Shown here: piece by piece, positions 13,252 through 25,539 of the stretch
Position numbering within the stretch: position 1 is the first letter of the stretch
Layout of the letters: each line of letters begins with the position of its first letter
Assembly (NCBI GenBank): GCA_030390025.1
Contig: CM059448.1
Span: 7,068,001-7,132,000, forward strand
DNA: 64,000 nt
Source: Squalus acanthias
Lineage: Eukaryota
Reading direction: 5' to 3'
Translations under genes and position numbers: made by a program
Notes under the pieces: model-generated
The model's database searches: none
What the model was told of the DNA's origin: nothing
Seen by the model: only the letters and a program-made list of their open reading frames with translations

Positions 13252-13725
13252 CGAGAGAGAGAGAAAGTAAGTGAGAGAGTGTGGAAAAAGAGAAAGAACA
13301 AAAGAGAGAGTGAAAGAGAGAGAGAGAAAGAGTAAGAGAGAACGAGAGAGGTAGAGTGAGAGAAAGAGTAAGAGAGAACGAGAGAGAGAAAGAGGTAGAG
13401 AGAAAGAGAGTGTAAGAGAGAGAAAGGGTGTAAGAGAGAGAAAGAGTAAGAGAAAGAAAGAGTAAGAGAGAACGAGAGAGAAAGAGGTAGAGAGAAAGAG
13501 AGTGTAAGAGAGAGAAAGGGTGTAAGAGAGAGAAAGAGTAAGAGAAAGAAAGAGTAAGAGAGAACGAGAAAGAGGTAGAGAGAAAGAAAGAGAGAGAGTG
13601 TAAGAGAGAGAAAGGGTGTAAGAGAGAGAAAGAGTAAGAGAAAGAAAGAGTAAGAGAGAATGAGAGAGAAAGAGAGGTAGAGAGAAAGAGAGTGTAAGAG
13701 AGAGATATGTGTCAGAGAGAGAGAG
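13252..13725. repeat. GA-rich polypurine tract with ~92-96 bp higher-order repeat
   Basis: AACG/AATG markers recur at 13377, 13471, 13563 and 13659. Confidence 0.9.
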
Positions 13726-14109
13726 AAAACCCCAAAGAGAGAAAGAAAGGCAGACAGACAGAGATTAAATCCTACCCAGATTCATGGGATGAAATTCTCT
13801 CTCTCAGCTGTGAGGGCGATTTGAGTTTAAGACAGTCTCATCCCAGTTTGAGTGGGCTCGAGTCCACAGTACAGAGCTGTTCACCTTCATGGCCAATCTC
13901 AGTCAAGGAGGCCACAGAGCTGCCTGGTGCAGGAAATGGAAAATTCAGGGCATGCTCTTCAGAGATCAGAGTTGAGCATATTGTCAGGGGCAGAGAGACT
14001 TTTACTCTGCTTCTAACCCATGGTGTACCTGACCTGGGAGGACTCACGGGAGCAGTGTAGACAGAGCTGCACTCTGCATCCAGCCCAGATTGTCATAGAG
14101 CAGTGCAAG

Positions 14110-14240
14110 AGAAATTGTATTTATATAGATTTATCACATCTTCAGGAGTCCCAAAGTGCTCCACAGCCAATGCGGAGTAGAACCCTTCACGAAATGCAGT
14201 CACCGTTGTTATGTAGGCAAACGCAACAGCCAATTTGCTG
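14110..14240 (-). mobile_element. Deu-SINE 3' fragment
   Basis: Reverse complement of SINE tail (GTCCCAAAGTGCT..CAGCCAATG..CAGCCAATTTGC). Confidence 0.65.
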
Positions 14241-14734
14241 TAGGGGGTTCTAAGGAATTGGTCAGACTTAGCAGGGGATTCCCAGAGTCCGACAATATTT
14301 GCATGCCCCCCCCCCCCCCACCCCCCAGAAACGATTGAAAACTGCTGCTGTAAATCACTGTGCAGGGTGGTATTGTCCAGACTTGGACTCGAGTCCCATA
14401 ATCAACTGGCCTTTTCGCCGCAAAGTCCGAGCACGGGATCCGGGGACGGCGTCATTTAAGTCGACAGGATGTACGAGGTCACTCGGGAGTGACTGAATTA
14501 GGGAATGTTTACGCAGTCAACATTGCTTGTGGCAGCGCCCGCTGTAAGTTGGAGGGCTGGCAGTGCACGTTCCACCAACTCGGGCAGGGGAATGAAGGCC
14601 GCTCCACCCTGCCTGTAGACCCCCCTCCTACAAAAGCAGGAGATGGCTGCGTGTTACCTGCGGGCCTGTCCTACCCGCTGGTTGACCTTTTCCAGTTTAA
14701 AATCAATCAGTGGCTGTAGCTGTTCAAAATGAAG

Positions 14735-15710
14735 CACCGGAACGGTTGCGGTGTCTGGAGGTACCACCCTACTGGATGAGACATGAAACCGAGGGCTGGT
14801 CTGCCTGGTCAGGTGGATGTTAAAAAGAAGAAAAAAAATCCCACGGCACTATTCGCAGGGGATGTTCTCCCAATGCCCTGACTTACATTGCTCAGAAACA
14901 GGCAGAGAGGATAAGACACAAACAGAGGGAGACAGACAAACCTGGACACAGAGAACAGGCACAGGGAGTGAGACAAAGAGAAAGTACCTCTCCGGTGGTG
15001 TCAAAGATCCCACAGGCGCTATTTCAAAGAAGAGAGGGGAGTTCTCCCCAGTGTTCTGGTCAATATTTATCACTCAACCAACATCACTCAAACAGGCTAT
15101 CTGGTCATTATCACATTGCTGTTTGTGGGAGCTTGCTGTGCGTAAACTGGCTGCCGCGTTTCCTACATTACAACAGTGAAACATAGAAGATAGGAGCAGC
15201 AGTAGGCCATTCGGCCCCTCGAGCCTGCTCCGCCATTCGATGAGATCATGGCTGATCATCCAAACTCAGTACCCTGTCCCTGCCTTCTCCCCATATCCCT
15301 TGATACCTTTAGCCTCAAGAAATATATCTAACTCATTCTTGAATATATTTAATGACTTGGCCTCAACTACCTTCTGTGGTAGAGAATTCCACAGGTTCAC
15401 CACTCTCTGGGTGAAGAAATTCTTCCTCATTTCTGTCCTAAATGGCTTACCCCTTATCCTTAGATTATGACCCCTGGTTCTGGACTCTCCGACCATCGGG
15501 AACATTCTTCCTGCATCTAGTTTGTCCAGACCTGTCAGAATTTTATATGTTTCGATGAGATCCCCTCTCATTCTTCTAAACTCCAGCGAGTATAAGCCCA
15601 ATCGACCTACAACAGCGACTACACTTCAAAAGTACTTCATTGGCTGTAAAGAGCTTTGGGACGTCCCGAGATTGCGAAAGGCGCGATAGAAATGCTAGTT
15701 CTTTCTTTTA
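14735..15710 (+). mobile_element. Fragmented Deu-SINE(s), interrupted by a CR1 at 15179-15607
   Basis: Deu core at 14735-14885 and 14990-15178; tail resumes at 15608. Confidence 0.8.
15179..15607 (-). mobile_element. CR1 LINE 3' fragment inserted in SINE, with ~11 bp TSD
   Basis: ORF 15266..15601 LEFRRMRGDLIETYKIL...GIKGYGEKAGTGY; flanks TACAACAGTGA / TACAACAGCGA. Confidence 0.93.
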
Positions 15711-15897
15711 CAAGCCCCACGGGGAGAGTTGGAGGTGATTGGGGAGGTGCAGAGATGAACTGCGGACAAGCCATGTTACGATTGTCCTTGCTGTGGGCTC
15801 TGACCTGATCTTCAGTATATTCCAAATCCACTGATCCATTAGCCTCAAAAGCAGAATCAGAAACAGTGTCCACCCTGTCTGTAGACCCTCCTTTATT

Positions 15898-16095
15898 CGT
15901 CAACCAACATCACTAAAACAAGATGATCTGCCCTCATCACATTGCAGTTTGTGGGAGCTTGCTGTGGGTAAATTGGCTGCCGCGTTTCCCTACATTACAA
16001 CAGTGACTACACTCCAAAAAGTACTTCATTGGCTGTGAAGCATGTTGGGACGTCCGGAGGTTGTGAAACTCGCTGTATAAATGCAAGTTCTTTCA
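15898..16095 (+). mobile_element. Deu-SINE 3' half
   Basis: GTTTGTGGGAGCTTGCTGTG...TATAAATGCAAGTT. Confidence 0.85.
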
Positions 16096-16889
16096 TCCTA
16101 AGAGACACGAAGACAGAGACAGAGAGAATTTTTTATCAGGTGTTCGTTTAGAAAATCAGATATACTGAGAAACCATGTAGTGTGGATATATTGAGTGCCT
16201 ATGCAGGCGACGAACAGGAATCCACAGTACTTCTGACTCTGTGGAGCACTGGCTTGCACACCAATTTAAATGAAAGCACACACATTAACACTGCATAGAT
16301 GTGATTTCCCACCACAGTAGCTAAAAAGAAAATGTGCCTACGTAGGACACGGTGGGGGGGGGGGCGGCTCTAAGAGGACCTGAAGAGCTACTGAACCTGG
16401 CTGATGAATGGTTTGGTTTACAGGAGGTGCCCAATGGCTGCTCAGCTCCATGCTGTAAAGTTTCTTACAGGACTGTTTACACAGCACAGCCTCCGAGTGC
16501 CACACTCCAGCTACTCTAGGGAATGGATGTAAAGCCCGTTAGTGTGTAAACTGGCCCGGGAGAGCGGACGGTGCTGCAGCATTGAGCCTGCCTAAAGTTA
16601 TTTTCTACAAGACTTGACAGTGTGTTTCCCCCCCGCCGCCCCCCCCCCCCTCCTCTTCGTTCAGTGCAAATTGGGGCAGAGCACGAGCGTCAAACATGCG
16701 GGGATTGTGCGACCTGGATGAGCTTGAATGGCTCACTGTTTGAACAGCTGAGGCCCGAAAAGTAAGGCTTCACCACAATTCATTCCTTAAAATTGGCTGC
16801 TTATGCCGTCCACTGGTAGCATGCCAGTGATTTCAATACCACTTATAACTGCTACAACTTGCTGCGGAGATGGGCAGGTGCCCACAGCG

Positions 16890-17085
16890 GCCGACATCAC
16901 TAAAAACAGATTATCTGGTCATTATCACGCTGCTGTTTGTGGGAGCTTGCTGTGCGCAGATTGGCTGCCGCGCTTCCTACATTACAATAGTGGCTACACT
17001 TCAAAAAGTACTCGATTGGCTGGAAAGCGCTTTGGACGTCCCGAGGTGGTGAAAGGTGTTATATAAATGTGAGTTCTTTCTTTCC
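16890..17085 (+). mobile_element. Deu-SINE 3' half
   Basis: CAGATTATCTGGTCATTATCAC...ATATAAATG. Confidence 0.85.
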
Positions 17086-17984
17086 TTTACAAGCCCCACA
17101 GGGAGAGTTGGAGGCGATTGGGGAGGTGCGGAGATGAACATAGGACAAGCCATGTTAAGGTTGTCCTTGGCAGTGGGTTCTGACTGTATCTTCAGTATAT
17201 TCCAAATTCACTGACCCGTTAGCCTCAAAAGGAAGAATTAGAAACGGTGACCGGTCCAAAATAGCACAAGACAGAGGCCCCTTTTACAAACACCACCCTC
17301 CACAATCAACCAGACACCGACCCTGGGCTGCACTGAGCCCATTGTCCCACATGGCGAACTCCTCAGCCCTTGAACGCTAGCACCACTGAATGCTGGTTAT
17401 TCCCCGCCAACGTGTGCGCAGGAGGTCCGTATACAAATCGGGGTGTTTTGCCAACAAGCCGTCAGATCGACGCGAAACGTGTTTTCAAATCAGTTCGTTC
17501 CCAAGCTGAAGCCCAAAGAGCAACATTTCACATGCTAACTACCCCATCCAAACGCAACCAGCCCCGAGATACAAACAGCCCGAGTGCACATCAAGGCCTT
17601 CTTAAGAATCCTTTCGCGAACAGATTCTCTTTTGTTCTGCATGAACACCACTCAACTCTCTCCGGCATGTAAATGAGCTTTATGGAAGTGTATCTCGATC
17701 CTGCTCCACTCCCGAGTACATGGTAAGTAAGTGAACCCTGCGAGCTGCTTTCACTCACAGCGCCGTTCCCCTTTTTGCACCCATCAGAGCCTTTTTCAAA
17801 AGAGCTTTTGTGCGGAACTTTGGCTGTTCCCATCAGCTACGATCTCGTAACAGAAGTACAATGCCGGTTTTAGACTGGGTAAGAGAGAGACGGGGAGCAG
17901 TGGCGGCAGTTGGAAGACTGTTGGGATGGTTCAAGGCAGAGGCTGCTCTTTCTGGGAGTCTCCCACTTAACGTTTCTTGAAACT

Positions 17985-18305
17985 CAACCCAATCAAAGCG
18001 GAGCGTTAAAAAGATTCGAGGGGGTAAATACGGAGAAACAATTTCCTCTGCTGGGGGACCATTCCGGGGCGAAATCAGGAAGCACTTTTTCCACGCAATT
18101 AGTAGAAATCTGGAACTCTCTCCCACAAAGGGCTGTGGATCAATTTGAGCTTTCAAGACGGAGAGCGATAGATTTTTTGTTAGGTAAGAGATATCAAGGG
18201 ATATGGAGCAAAGGCAGGAAAGTGGAGTTGAGGTGCAGATCAGCCAGGAATGGCAGAGCAAGCCCGAGGGGCTGAATGGCCTACTCCTGTTCCTAAAGTT
18301 CCTTA
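17985..18305 (+). mobile_element. CR1 LINE 3' end, degraded
   Basis: LVEIWNSLPQRAV in ORF 17910; GGCCTACTCCTGTTCCT tail. Confidence 0.8.
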
Positions 18306-18387
18306 ACACCCCTTTTCACTTTCGATCCCTGTCCCTCCTTTCCTGAAGGCTCAGTGTCTTGCTGGGGTGCGTGGTTCTGCATCCCTC

Positions 18388-18820
18388 CATGATACAGCAC
18401 AGAAAAGGGGGCCATTCGGCCCATCGTGCCTGTGCCGGCTCTTTGGTAGGGCTATTCAATTAATCCCACAGCCCCCCGCTCTTTTCCCCATAGCCCTGTA
18501 AATTTTTTTCCTTCAAGTATTTATCCAATTCCCTTTTGAAAGTTACTATTGAATCTGCTTCCACCGCCCTTTCAGGCAGCGCATTCCAGATCATCACAAC
18601 AACTCGCTGATTCCTCGTGTCGCCTCTGGTTCTTTTGCCAATTGCCTTAAATCTGTGTCCTCTGGGTTACCGACCCCTCAGCCACTGGAAACAGTTTCTC
18701 CTTATTTACTCTCATCAAAACCATTCGTGATTTTGAACACCTCAAGCAAATCTCCGCTCTAAGGAGAACAAACCCAAGAACAAACCCAGCTTCTCCAGTC
18801 TCTCCACATAACCTTGCCCA
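18388..18820 (-). mobile_element. CR1 LINE 3' fragment
   Basis: NKEKLFPVAEGSVT in ORF 18647; tail GGGCCGAATGGCC on minus strand. Confidence 0.85.
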
Positions 18821-19334
18821 AGTGAGCATTCTTCATCTACGAACCAAGACCGGGAGTACAGCAAGCTATTAAACCGCGGCGTGCATCACAAGCATGCCCA
18901 ATCTTGTACGCACCGGCGCATTTACCAGGGTTGGGAATGGCAGCTGGGGAGCATTCCTTAGCCATGGGGCATTGAAGTCATTTGGGGCATGGCCAACCCA
19001 TGTCGCAGCTGAGATCAGCTGACTCCACACAGACCAGGGGATGCAACCCGGAGACCTTCCTGACATAGTGATATCAACTCAACACTTGGCAATCAACTAG
19101 TGCAGTGCAGCTGCCAAATGGACCAACGCCATCCAAGTCATTTTCATCTCGCTGTCCCCAGCTGGTAACAGCCCAAGCCTTTCCAAACTCAGCCACACCC
19201 GGGTCACCCAGATCGACTGTGAAGGGCCAAAAAAGAAAAGAAGAAAGCTTGGCCAGGTGGTGCAGCCAATCACCACTCTAATGTCATATGACACATCAGT
19301 CAGACGCTCTCGCTGCCAACTCTCGGCAGGGGCA

Positions 19335-19890
19335 GTGTGCCAGAGACCCGAGCACACAATCTAGGCCGACACTCCCGGTGCAGTGCTGAGGGAGTGCTAC
19401 ACTGTCAGAGGTACCGTCTTTCGGATGAGATGTTAAACCGAGGCCCAGTACCACCCACTCAGGTGGACGTAAAAGATCCCACAGCCACTATTTTGAAGAA
19501 GAGCAGGGAGTTATCCCCAGTGTCCTGGCCATTATTATACCCTCAAACAACATCACTATAAAACAGGCCAGGCAGCATCTGTGGAGAGAGAAATGTTTCT
19601 CTCTCTCTCTCCACAGATGCTGCCGGCCTGCTGGGTAGTTCCAGCATTGTCTGCTTATGTTTCAGATTTCCAGCATCCGCGGTATTTTGCCTTTGCGTCA
19701 CTAAAAAACAGATTATCCGGTTATTATCACTCTGTCGTTTGTGGGAGCTTGCTGTGCGCAAATTGGCTGCCGCGTTGCCCACATCACAACAGTGACTGCA
19801 CTCCAAAAGTAATTCATTGGCTGTGAAGCGCTTTGGGACGTCGTGAGGTTGTGAAAGGTGCTATATAAATGCAAGTGTCTCATTCTTTAC
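19335..19890 (+). mobile_element. Deu-SINE interrupted by a hairpin element at 19564-19695
   Basis: Deu core GTCTTTCGGATGAGATGTTAAACCGAGG; tail resumes at ~19697. Confidence 0.88.
19564..19695. mobile_element. Short foldback insertion, probably a Penelope-like terminal-repeat remnant
   Basis: Inverted arms CAGGCC(A)GGCAGCATCTGTGGAGAGAGAAA / TTTCTC..CCACAGATGCTGCCGGCCTG; TCACTA(T/A)AAA-like sequence on both sides. Confidence 0.6.
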
Positions 19891-20635
19891 CTCAACTGAG
19901 GAACAGCGTGGGGAAGGGGGGGAGGGAAAAAGAGGGAGAGCGGGCATCTCCCACAAGGAGGAAGGGAGGAAGCAATGACAAGGAATCAAAACCAAAAATT
20001 TTTTTTAAACGGCCTCTCTCCTGCACCTCCTGGCGCGAGATTGGCGAAGGAACGCGATGAGTCACTCGCCCTCCCAGGCAGGAAAGTGGCACCTTGGCCC
20101 AAAAATATTAAACAAAAATTATTAGTAATAACTAAAAACACAAGCCTCTTTTTTTTTTCCCTTTTTCGTTTCACACTCCAAAAATATGATTGTCTAATTA
20201 AAACAAACACCTCGTGCCTCTTGATGCGCCAGCACTGCAACACATGGTGCGCTCTGGAAAGCATCCGGAATATTCCGCACAACTTGGATGACATTTCCTC
20301 AGTTTATGTTTCCCCCCCGACCCCCCCTCACTAACCCACTGCCATTTGTCAACGTGGCGATTCCACTTCCTGGTGCCAAGAAACGGCAATCATCAATAGC
20401 ACACTCTCTCCGAGAGTGGAGCCAGCTCATCGCTGAGAAATCAATTACATTTACAAATGTTTTATACAAAAAAATTATCAATTTTAAAACATTTAATCGA
20501 TCGGTTGCCCAGCCAGCTGGTCAGGACACGGCGTGACAGCGGAAATACTTCAGATTGGGTCAATCAGATCAGGAGTTCAAAGGTCATTGTTGGATCCACC
20601 AAATAAATATAGTGAACGGTAGTTTTTGTAGAGAA

Positions 20636-20786
20636 CGGTAGCATAGTGGTTATGTTACTGGGAGCAGTAATCCAGAGGCCTTGGACTAATAATCCCACCA
20701 CGGCAGCTGGGGAATTTAAATTCAATTAATTGAATAAATCTGGAATAGTATCAGTCCTGAAACTGGCGGATTGTTGTAAAAACTCA
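20636..20786 (+). mobile_element. Second tRNA-derived SINE family, 5' part
   Basis: A-box-like TAGCATAGTGG; GGATTGTTGTAAAAAC overlaps the reverse complement of 44870-44895. Confidence 0.6.
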
Positions 20787-20802
20787 GTGAATCAGATGAG
20801 AC

Positions 20803-20985
20803 GAATAGCAGAGATGCATTGAAGGGGAAGCTGGGTAAACACATGAGGGAGAAAGGAACAGAGGGATATGTTGATGGGGTGAGATGAGGCAGGCTAGGAG
20901 GAGGCTCGTGTGGAGCATTAAACACCGGCACAGGTCCGTTGGGCCGAATGGCCCGTTTCTGTGCTGTAAATACGCTGCAATTCCA
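20803..20985 (+). mobile_element. CR1 LINE tail fragment
   Basis: GAAGGGGAAGCTGGGTAAACACATG...GGGCCGAATGGCCCGTTTCTGTGCTG. Confidence 0.82.
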
Positions 20986-21662
20986 TGCAAGACAGTGAGC
21001 AGGCGGTCGGCTATTCTCCCGCAGTCTGCATCACAGCCGGGCCCGCTTCATCCGATGCTGGCATGTTCCCGCTCGTCAGCGGCAAACCCTGGCTGGTCCA
21101 TTCTTCTCCCTAATCCCTGCCCGGCTCCTGACGTCACCCAGGCCGAGACCAATCAACCGAGCGCAGGCTGGGGATCGTTAATGCAGTTGGTGAAGAAGCA
21201 GTGGCATGGCAGCTGACTGAATATTGATAGACTGTTCAATTTTAAGATTGCGATGGAAGGCGGCAAGGGAGCACTTCCATCCATCCCGCATGAACCCAGA
21301 TCCCCTCACGGGGTGCGGTCAAAAAAGACCATCGGGTGTTTCCGACAAGCACACAGGAAGCTCTCTACAGACACCGTACAGGTAAGACACTGTAGACCAC
21401 GGCTGCAGGCACTTATCAATTAGAGCACTTTCCCCGTCAGTCATCAATCACCGCGGGGGGGGACAACCACCATGTACAGGCCGCCCAATCTCCAGACTCT
21501 CGGAACACATTCTGGTGGCAGCTCATAGCATCATAGAATAGCACAGCGCAGGAGGAGGCCATTGGGCCCATCGCGCCTGCTCCTGCCCCGTTTTTAATGA
21601 AGCTTCAGCCGGGATCAGATGAGGAACCAGGCAGGATTCGGCGATGAGCTCACTGAACGTTT

Positions 21663-22030
21663 AATGCTTCTGTTCCAAAGTTATGACGGGGTTTCACACA
21701 GAGCAGAGGGGCAGAAACTGTTTCCAGTGGCATGGAGGGTCAGTTACCAGAGGACGCAGATTTAAGATCATTGGCAAATTAGCCAGCGGGCGACAGGAGG
21801 AGATTGATTTTTTTTTTTTAAACGCAGCGATTTGTTGTGATCTGGAACGCGCTGCCTGAAAGGGCGGTGGAAGCAGATTCAACAGTAACTTTCAAAAGGG
21901 AATTGGATAAATACTTGAAGGGGGAAAATTTGCAGGGCTGTGGGGAAAGCGCAGGGGGAGCGGGACTCAGAGAGCCGGCACAGGCACGATGGGCCGAATG
22001 GCCTCTTTCTGTGCTGTGTGATTGCACTCT
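21663..22030 (+). mobile_element. CR1 LINE 3' end fragment
   Basis: ORF 21837 IWNALPERAVEADSTVTFKRELDKYLK; CR1 tail. Confidence 0.87.
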
Positions 22031-22589
22031 ACGTATGAAATACCTTGATCCACGATTATAAAATAGATGGATTAAAAGCTCTCCATTAAACTAGCGGAAC
22101 GAGGAATTTTCTATCACCCTGTTAAGTATTCATACATTAATATTCACAAGGCATAATTTGAAGGTTGTTTATAAGGAGATTTGTAACGGATGGGGCATTT
22201 GTAATATCACAGTCTGGTGAACGGGGGGGGCGGGGGGGGGGGGTTGTAACGAAGATCAGTGCTGGTTTCAAGCAGGAGGTTGCCCTGGACGCACACTATG
22301 TAGATATCCCGAGAGTAATTAAGAAAAATTATTTGGTTCCCCTTTTCTGCCCACAGACCACAGGATTGTCCCCACACACTTGTACATGGGAGAAGAATAA
22401 TTACCAGCACACCAGCTGAATGGTCCCCTCCACTTTCAGCCTAAACGTCAATGAGGCTCGAGCAGCCCCCAATCGAAGAGAGAGAGTTCGTCTCCGGGTG
22501 GCAAGAAGTCAACTTGGGTCAATTCCCCAACTATCTGCAGCCAACGGTCTACATAAACCCACCAAGGTTGGAAACACCATGGGTTATAA

Positions 22590-23035
22590 AGAAAGATTTG
22601 CATTCCTATAGCGCCTTTCACGACCGCCAAATGTCCCAAAGCGCTTTACAGCCAATGAAGTACTTTTTTTTTGGGAAGTGTTGTAATGTAGGAATCGCGG
22701 CAGCCAATTTGCACACAGCAAGCTGCCACAAACAGCAATGTAATAACGACCAGATAATGTGTTTTTGTTATGTTGATTGAGGGATAAATATTGGCCCCAG
22801 GACACCGGGGAGAACTCCCCCTGCTCTTCTTCAAAATAGTGAGCCATGGGATCTTTTACACCCAGCTGAGAGAGAGAGAGAGCAGAAGGGGCCTCGGTTT
22901 AACGTCTCAGCACTCCCTCAGCACTGCGCTGGAGTGTCTGCCTGGACTTGTGTGCTCAAGTCTCTGGAGTGGGACTTGAACTCACAACATTCCGACTCAG
23001 TGGCGAGCGTGCTGCCCACTGAGCCACGGCTGACG
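22590..23035 (-). mobile_element. Deu-SINE, near full length with internal deletion
   Basis: Head GTCAGCCGTGGCTCAGTGG at 23015-23035 (minus), tail at 22590. Confidence 0.9.
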
Positions 23036-23179
23036 CTGCTTAGATGCAGATTCCCCAACAATATGGCTTCACCCCTGTTAAACACCCACCCATTGTACCA
23101 ATATGAGTCACTTCTGCTTCATTCATCAACATCCGCAGGAGAAAGGTCCAGAGGAGAGAGGACGGGAATTTTTTTTTTT

Positions 23180-23947
23180 TTTTTACGCAGCGAGTTGTTG
23201 CGATCTGGAATGCACTGCCTGAAGGCGGTGGAAGCAGATTCAATCGTAACTTTCAAAAAGGGAACTGGATAAATACATGAACAGGAAAATTTGCTGGGCT
23301 ATGGGGAAAGAGCAGGGGGAGTGGGACGAATTGGATAGCTCTTTCAAAGAGCTTATATTGAACCTTGGTTAGACCACACTCGAGTGCTGTGCACAGTTCT
23401 GGTCTCCATAGTGCAAAAAGGATATAGAGGCACTGGAGAAGATGCAAAAAAGATTTACAAGGATGATACCAGAACTGAGAGGTTATACCATCAGCAAAGA
23501 CTGAACAGGCTGAGACTCTTTCCTCTAGCAAAGAAACCTAATGGGGTGACCTAATAGAGGTCTTTAAAATTATGAAAGGGTTTAATAGGGTAGATGTAGA
23601 GAAAATGTTTCCACATGTGATGTGGGGTGGGGTGGAGAGAGTTCAAAACTAGGGGCCATAAATATAAGATAGTCAATAATAAATCCAATAGGGAATTCAG
23701 GAGAAACTTCTTGACCCAGAGAGTGGTGAGAATGTGGAACTCGCTACCACAGGGAGTGGCTGAGGTGAATAGCACAGATGCATTTAAGGGGAAGCTGGAT
23801 ACATGCATGAGGGAGAAAGGAATAGGATATGTTGATGGGGTTTCGATGAAGTAGGGGAGAGGAGGCTCGTGTGAAGCAGAAACACCGGCAGGGACCAGTT
23901 GGTCCGAATGGCCTGTTTCGGTGCTGTACATTCTATGTAATTCTATA
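23180..23947 (+). mobile_element. Two abutting CR1 3' fragments (junction ~23352)
   Basis: First: IWNALP..VEADSIVTFK; second: VRPH..CAQFWSP to ORF 23627 KTRGHKYKI...VRMWNSLP plus tail. Confidence 0.88.
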
Positions 23948-24482
23948 CAAAGCATCACTGCAAGACAAACCGAACAGAAAACACTGTGCTGCTAATGTTG
24001 GACCTTTGAACCCATTATTGCTCTCTATTAAAAAAAAATCAATTGTGTGGAAATATTCTTTTAATAGTGTTCCAGGCGCATCAATACAATGGAATCTGAT
24101 TCGCCAAACTCAAAATTGACAGGTTTCCTGTTCTTGAGACACGTGAATGATGTCGCTAATTATCTCACCACATCTGCGCGGGGGGGGGGGGGGGCGTAAA
24201 TGTCTTTTTTCTTACCAAATCAATTGTCCAGCTCAGTGTGACGCATCGACGTACCATAACTGAGCAGCTTAGCAGAGTTTCTGCTGAAATTAAAATGGCT
24301 GGAGATATTAGCACCACCTCTCCATAAGACATAGGCTGTACTACTGCCTTGGGAGTGGTGGGATGTTCAGGAGAAGAAAAGGAATGTTAAGTCAGCACGC
24401 TGCCTGCGGGACACTGCAGGGGGAGAATGGCCTTTCGTGTTTGCCTACATAACAATAGTCCCTGAAAACCATTCAATAGAAT

Positions 24483-25080
24483 TGAAAGGCAGCGAAGTTA
24501 TGTGAAACTAGTATAGAACCTTGGTTAGCTCACTCTTGGAATACTGTGCACAGTTCCATATTACAAAAAGGACATAGAGGCACTGGAGAAGGTGCAAAAA
24601 AGATTTGCAAGGGTGATACCAGAACGAGAGGTTATACCCACTCAGGAAAGAGTGAACAGGCTCGGGCTCTTTTGGCTAGCAAAGAGAAGACAGAGGGGCG
24701 ACCTGATAGCAGTCTTTGAAATTATGAAAGGGTTTCGATAGGGTAGACATAGAGAAGATGTTTCCACTTGCGGGAGGGAGACCAAAACTAGGGGTCATAA
24801 ATATAAGACAGTCACTAATAAATCCAATAAGGAATTCAGGAGAAACTTCTTTACCCAGAGAGTGGTGAGAATGAGGAACTCGCTACCACAGGGAGTGGGT
24901 GAGGTGAATTGAATAGACGTATTTAAGGGGAAACTAGAAAAATACATGAGGGAGAAAGGAATAGAGGATATGCTGATAGTGTTAGATGAAGTAAGGTGGG
25001 AGGAGGCTCGTGTGGAGCAGAAACACCGGCACGGACCAGTTGGGCCGAATGGCCTGTTTCTGTGCTGTAAATTCTATGTA
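24483..25080 (+). mobile_element. CR1 LINE 3' fragment
   Basis: Colinear with 23352-23947; same tail. Confidence 0.9.
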
Positions 25081-25234
25081 GTTATTCACTGTGTGAAGCA
25101 GAGACATTTTGCTAAGACAAGACCTCGTACAAATACAAGTATTTACTTGAATGTGCCAACGTGGCACAAACCAGCTTTCAATCAGCTTGGATTCGGGTTT
25201 CCAAAGAGATCTTCTCCCTGCTCTGCTTATGACA

Positions 25235-25500
25235 ACATTTCCATTCATGCATCGCCATATCGTTTAAAATCACCTTGAAGCGCTTCACACAATGAATTAC
25301 TTCTCTCTTGGAGAGCAGCGGCTGTTATGTCGGCAAACGTGACAGCCATTGTGCGCCAGTAGCATCCCACAAACCACAGCAAGAGAAACGAGCGGCCAAT
25401 CCGTTTGCGGCGAGGGTCGAGGAAGGGATACGGGGCACTGCGCCAGGAGGACGCTCTGCTCTTCTTCAAATGACGCCATGGAATCTTTGACTTCCACACG
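25235..25500 (-). mobile_element. Diverged Deu-SINE fragment
   Basis: CTCTTCTTCAAATGACGCCATGGAATCTTT and GCATCCCACAAACCACAGC resemble antisense SINE body. Confidence 0.6.
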
Positions 25501-25539
25501 TCTCATCCTAAGGATGGTACCTCCACCAATGCAGCACTT

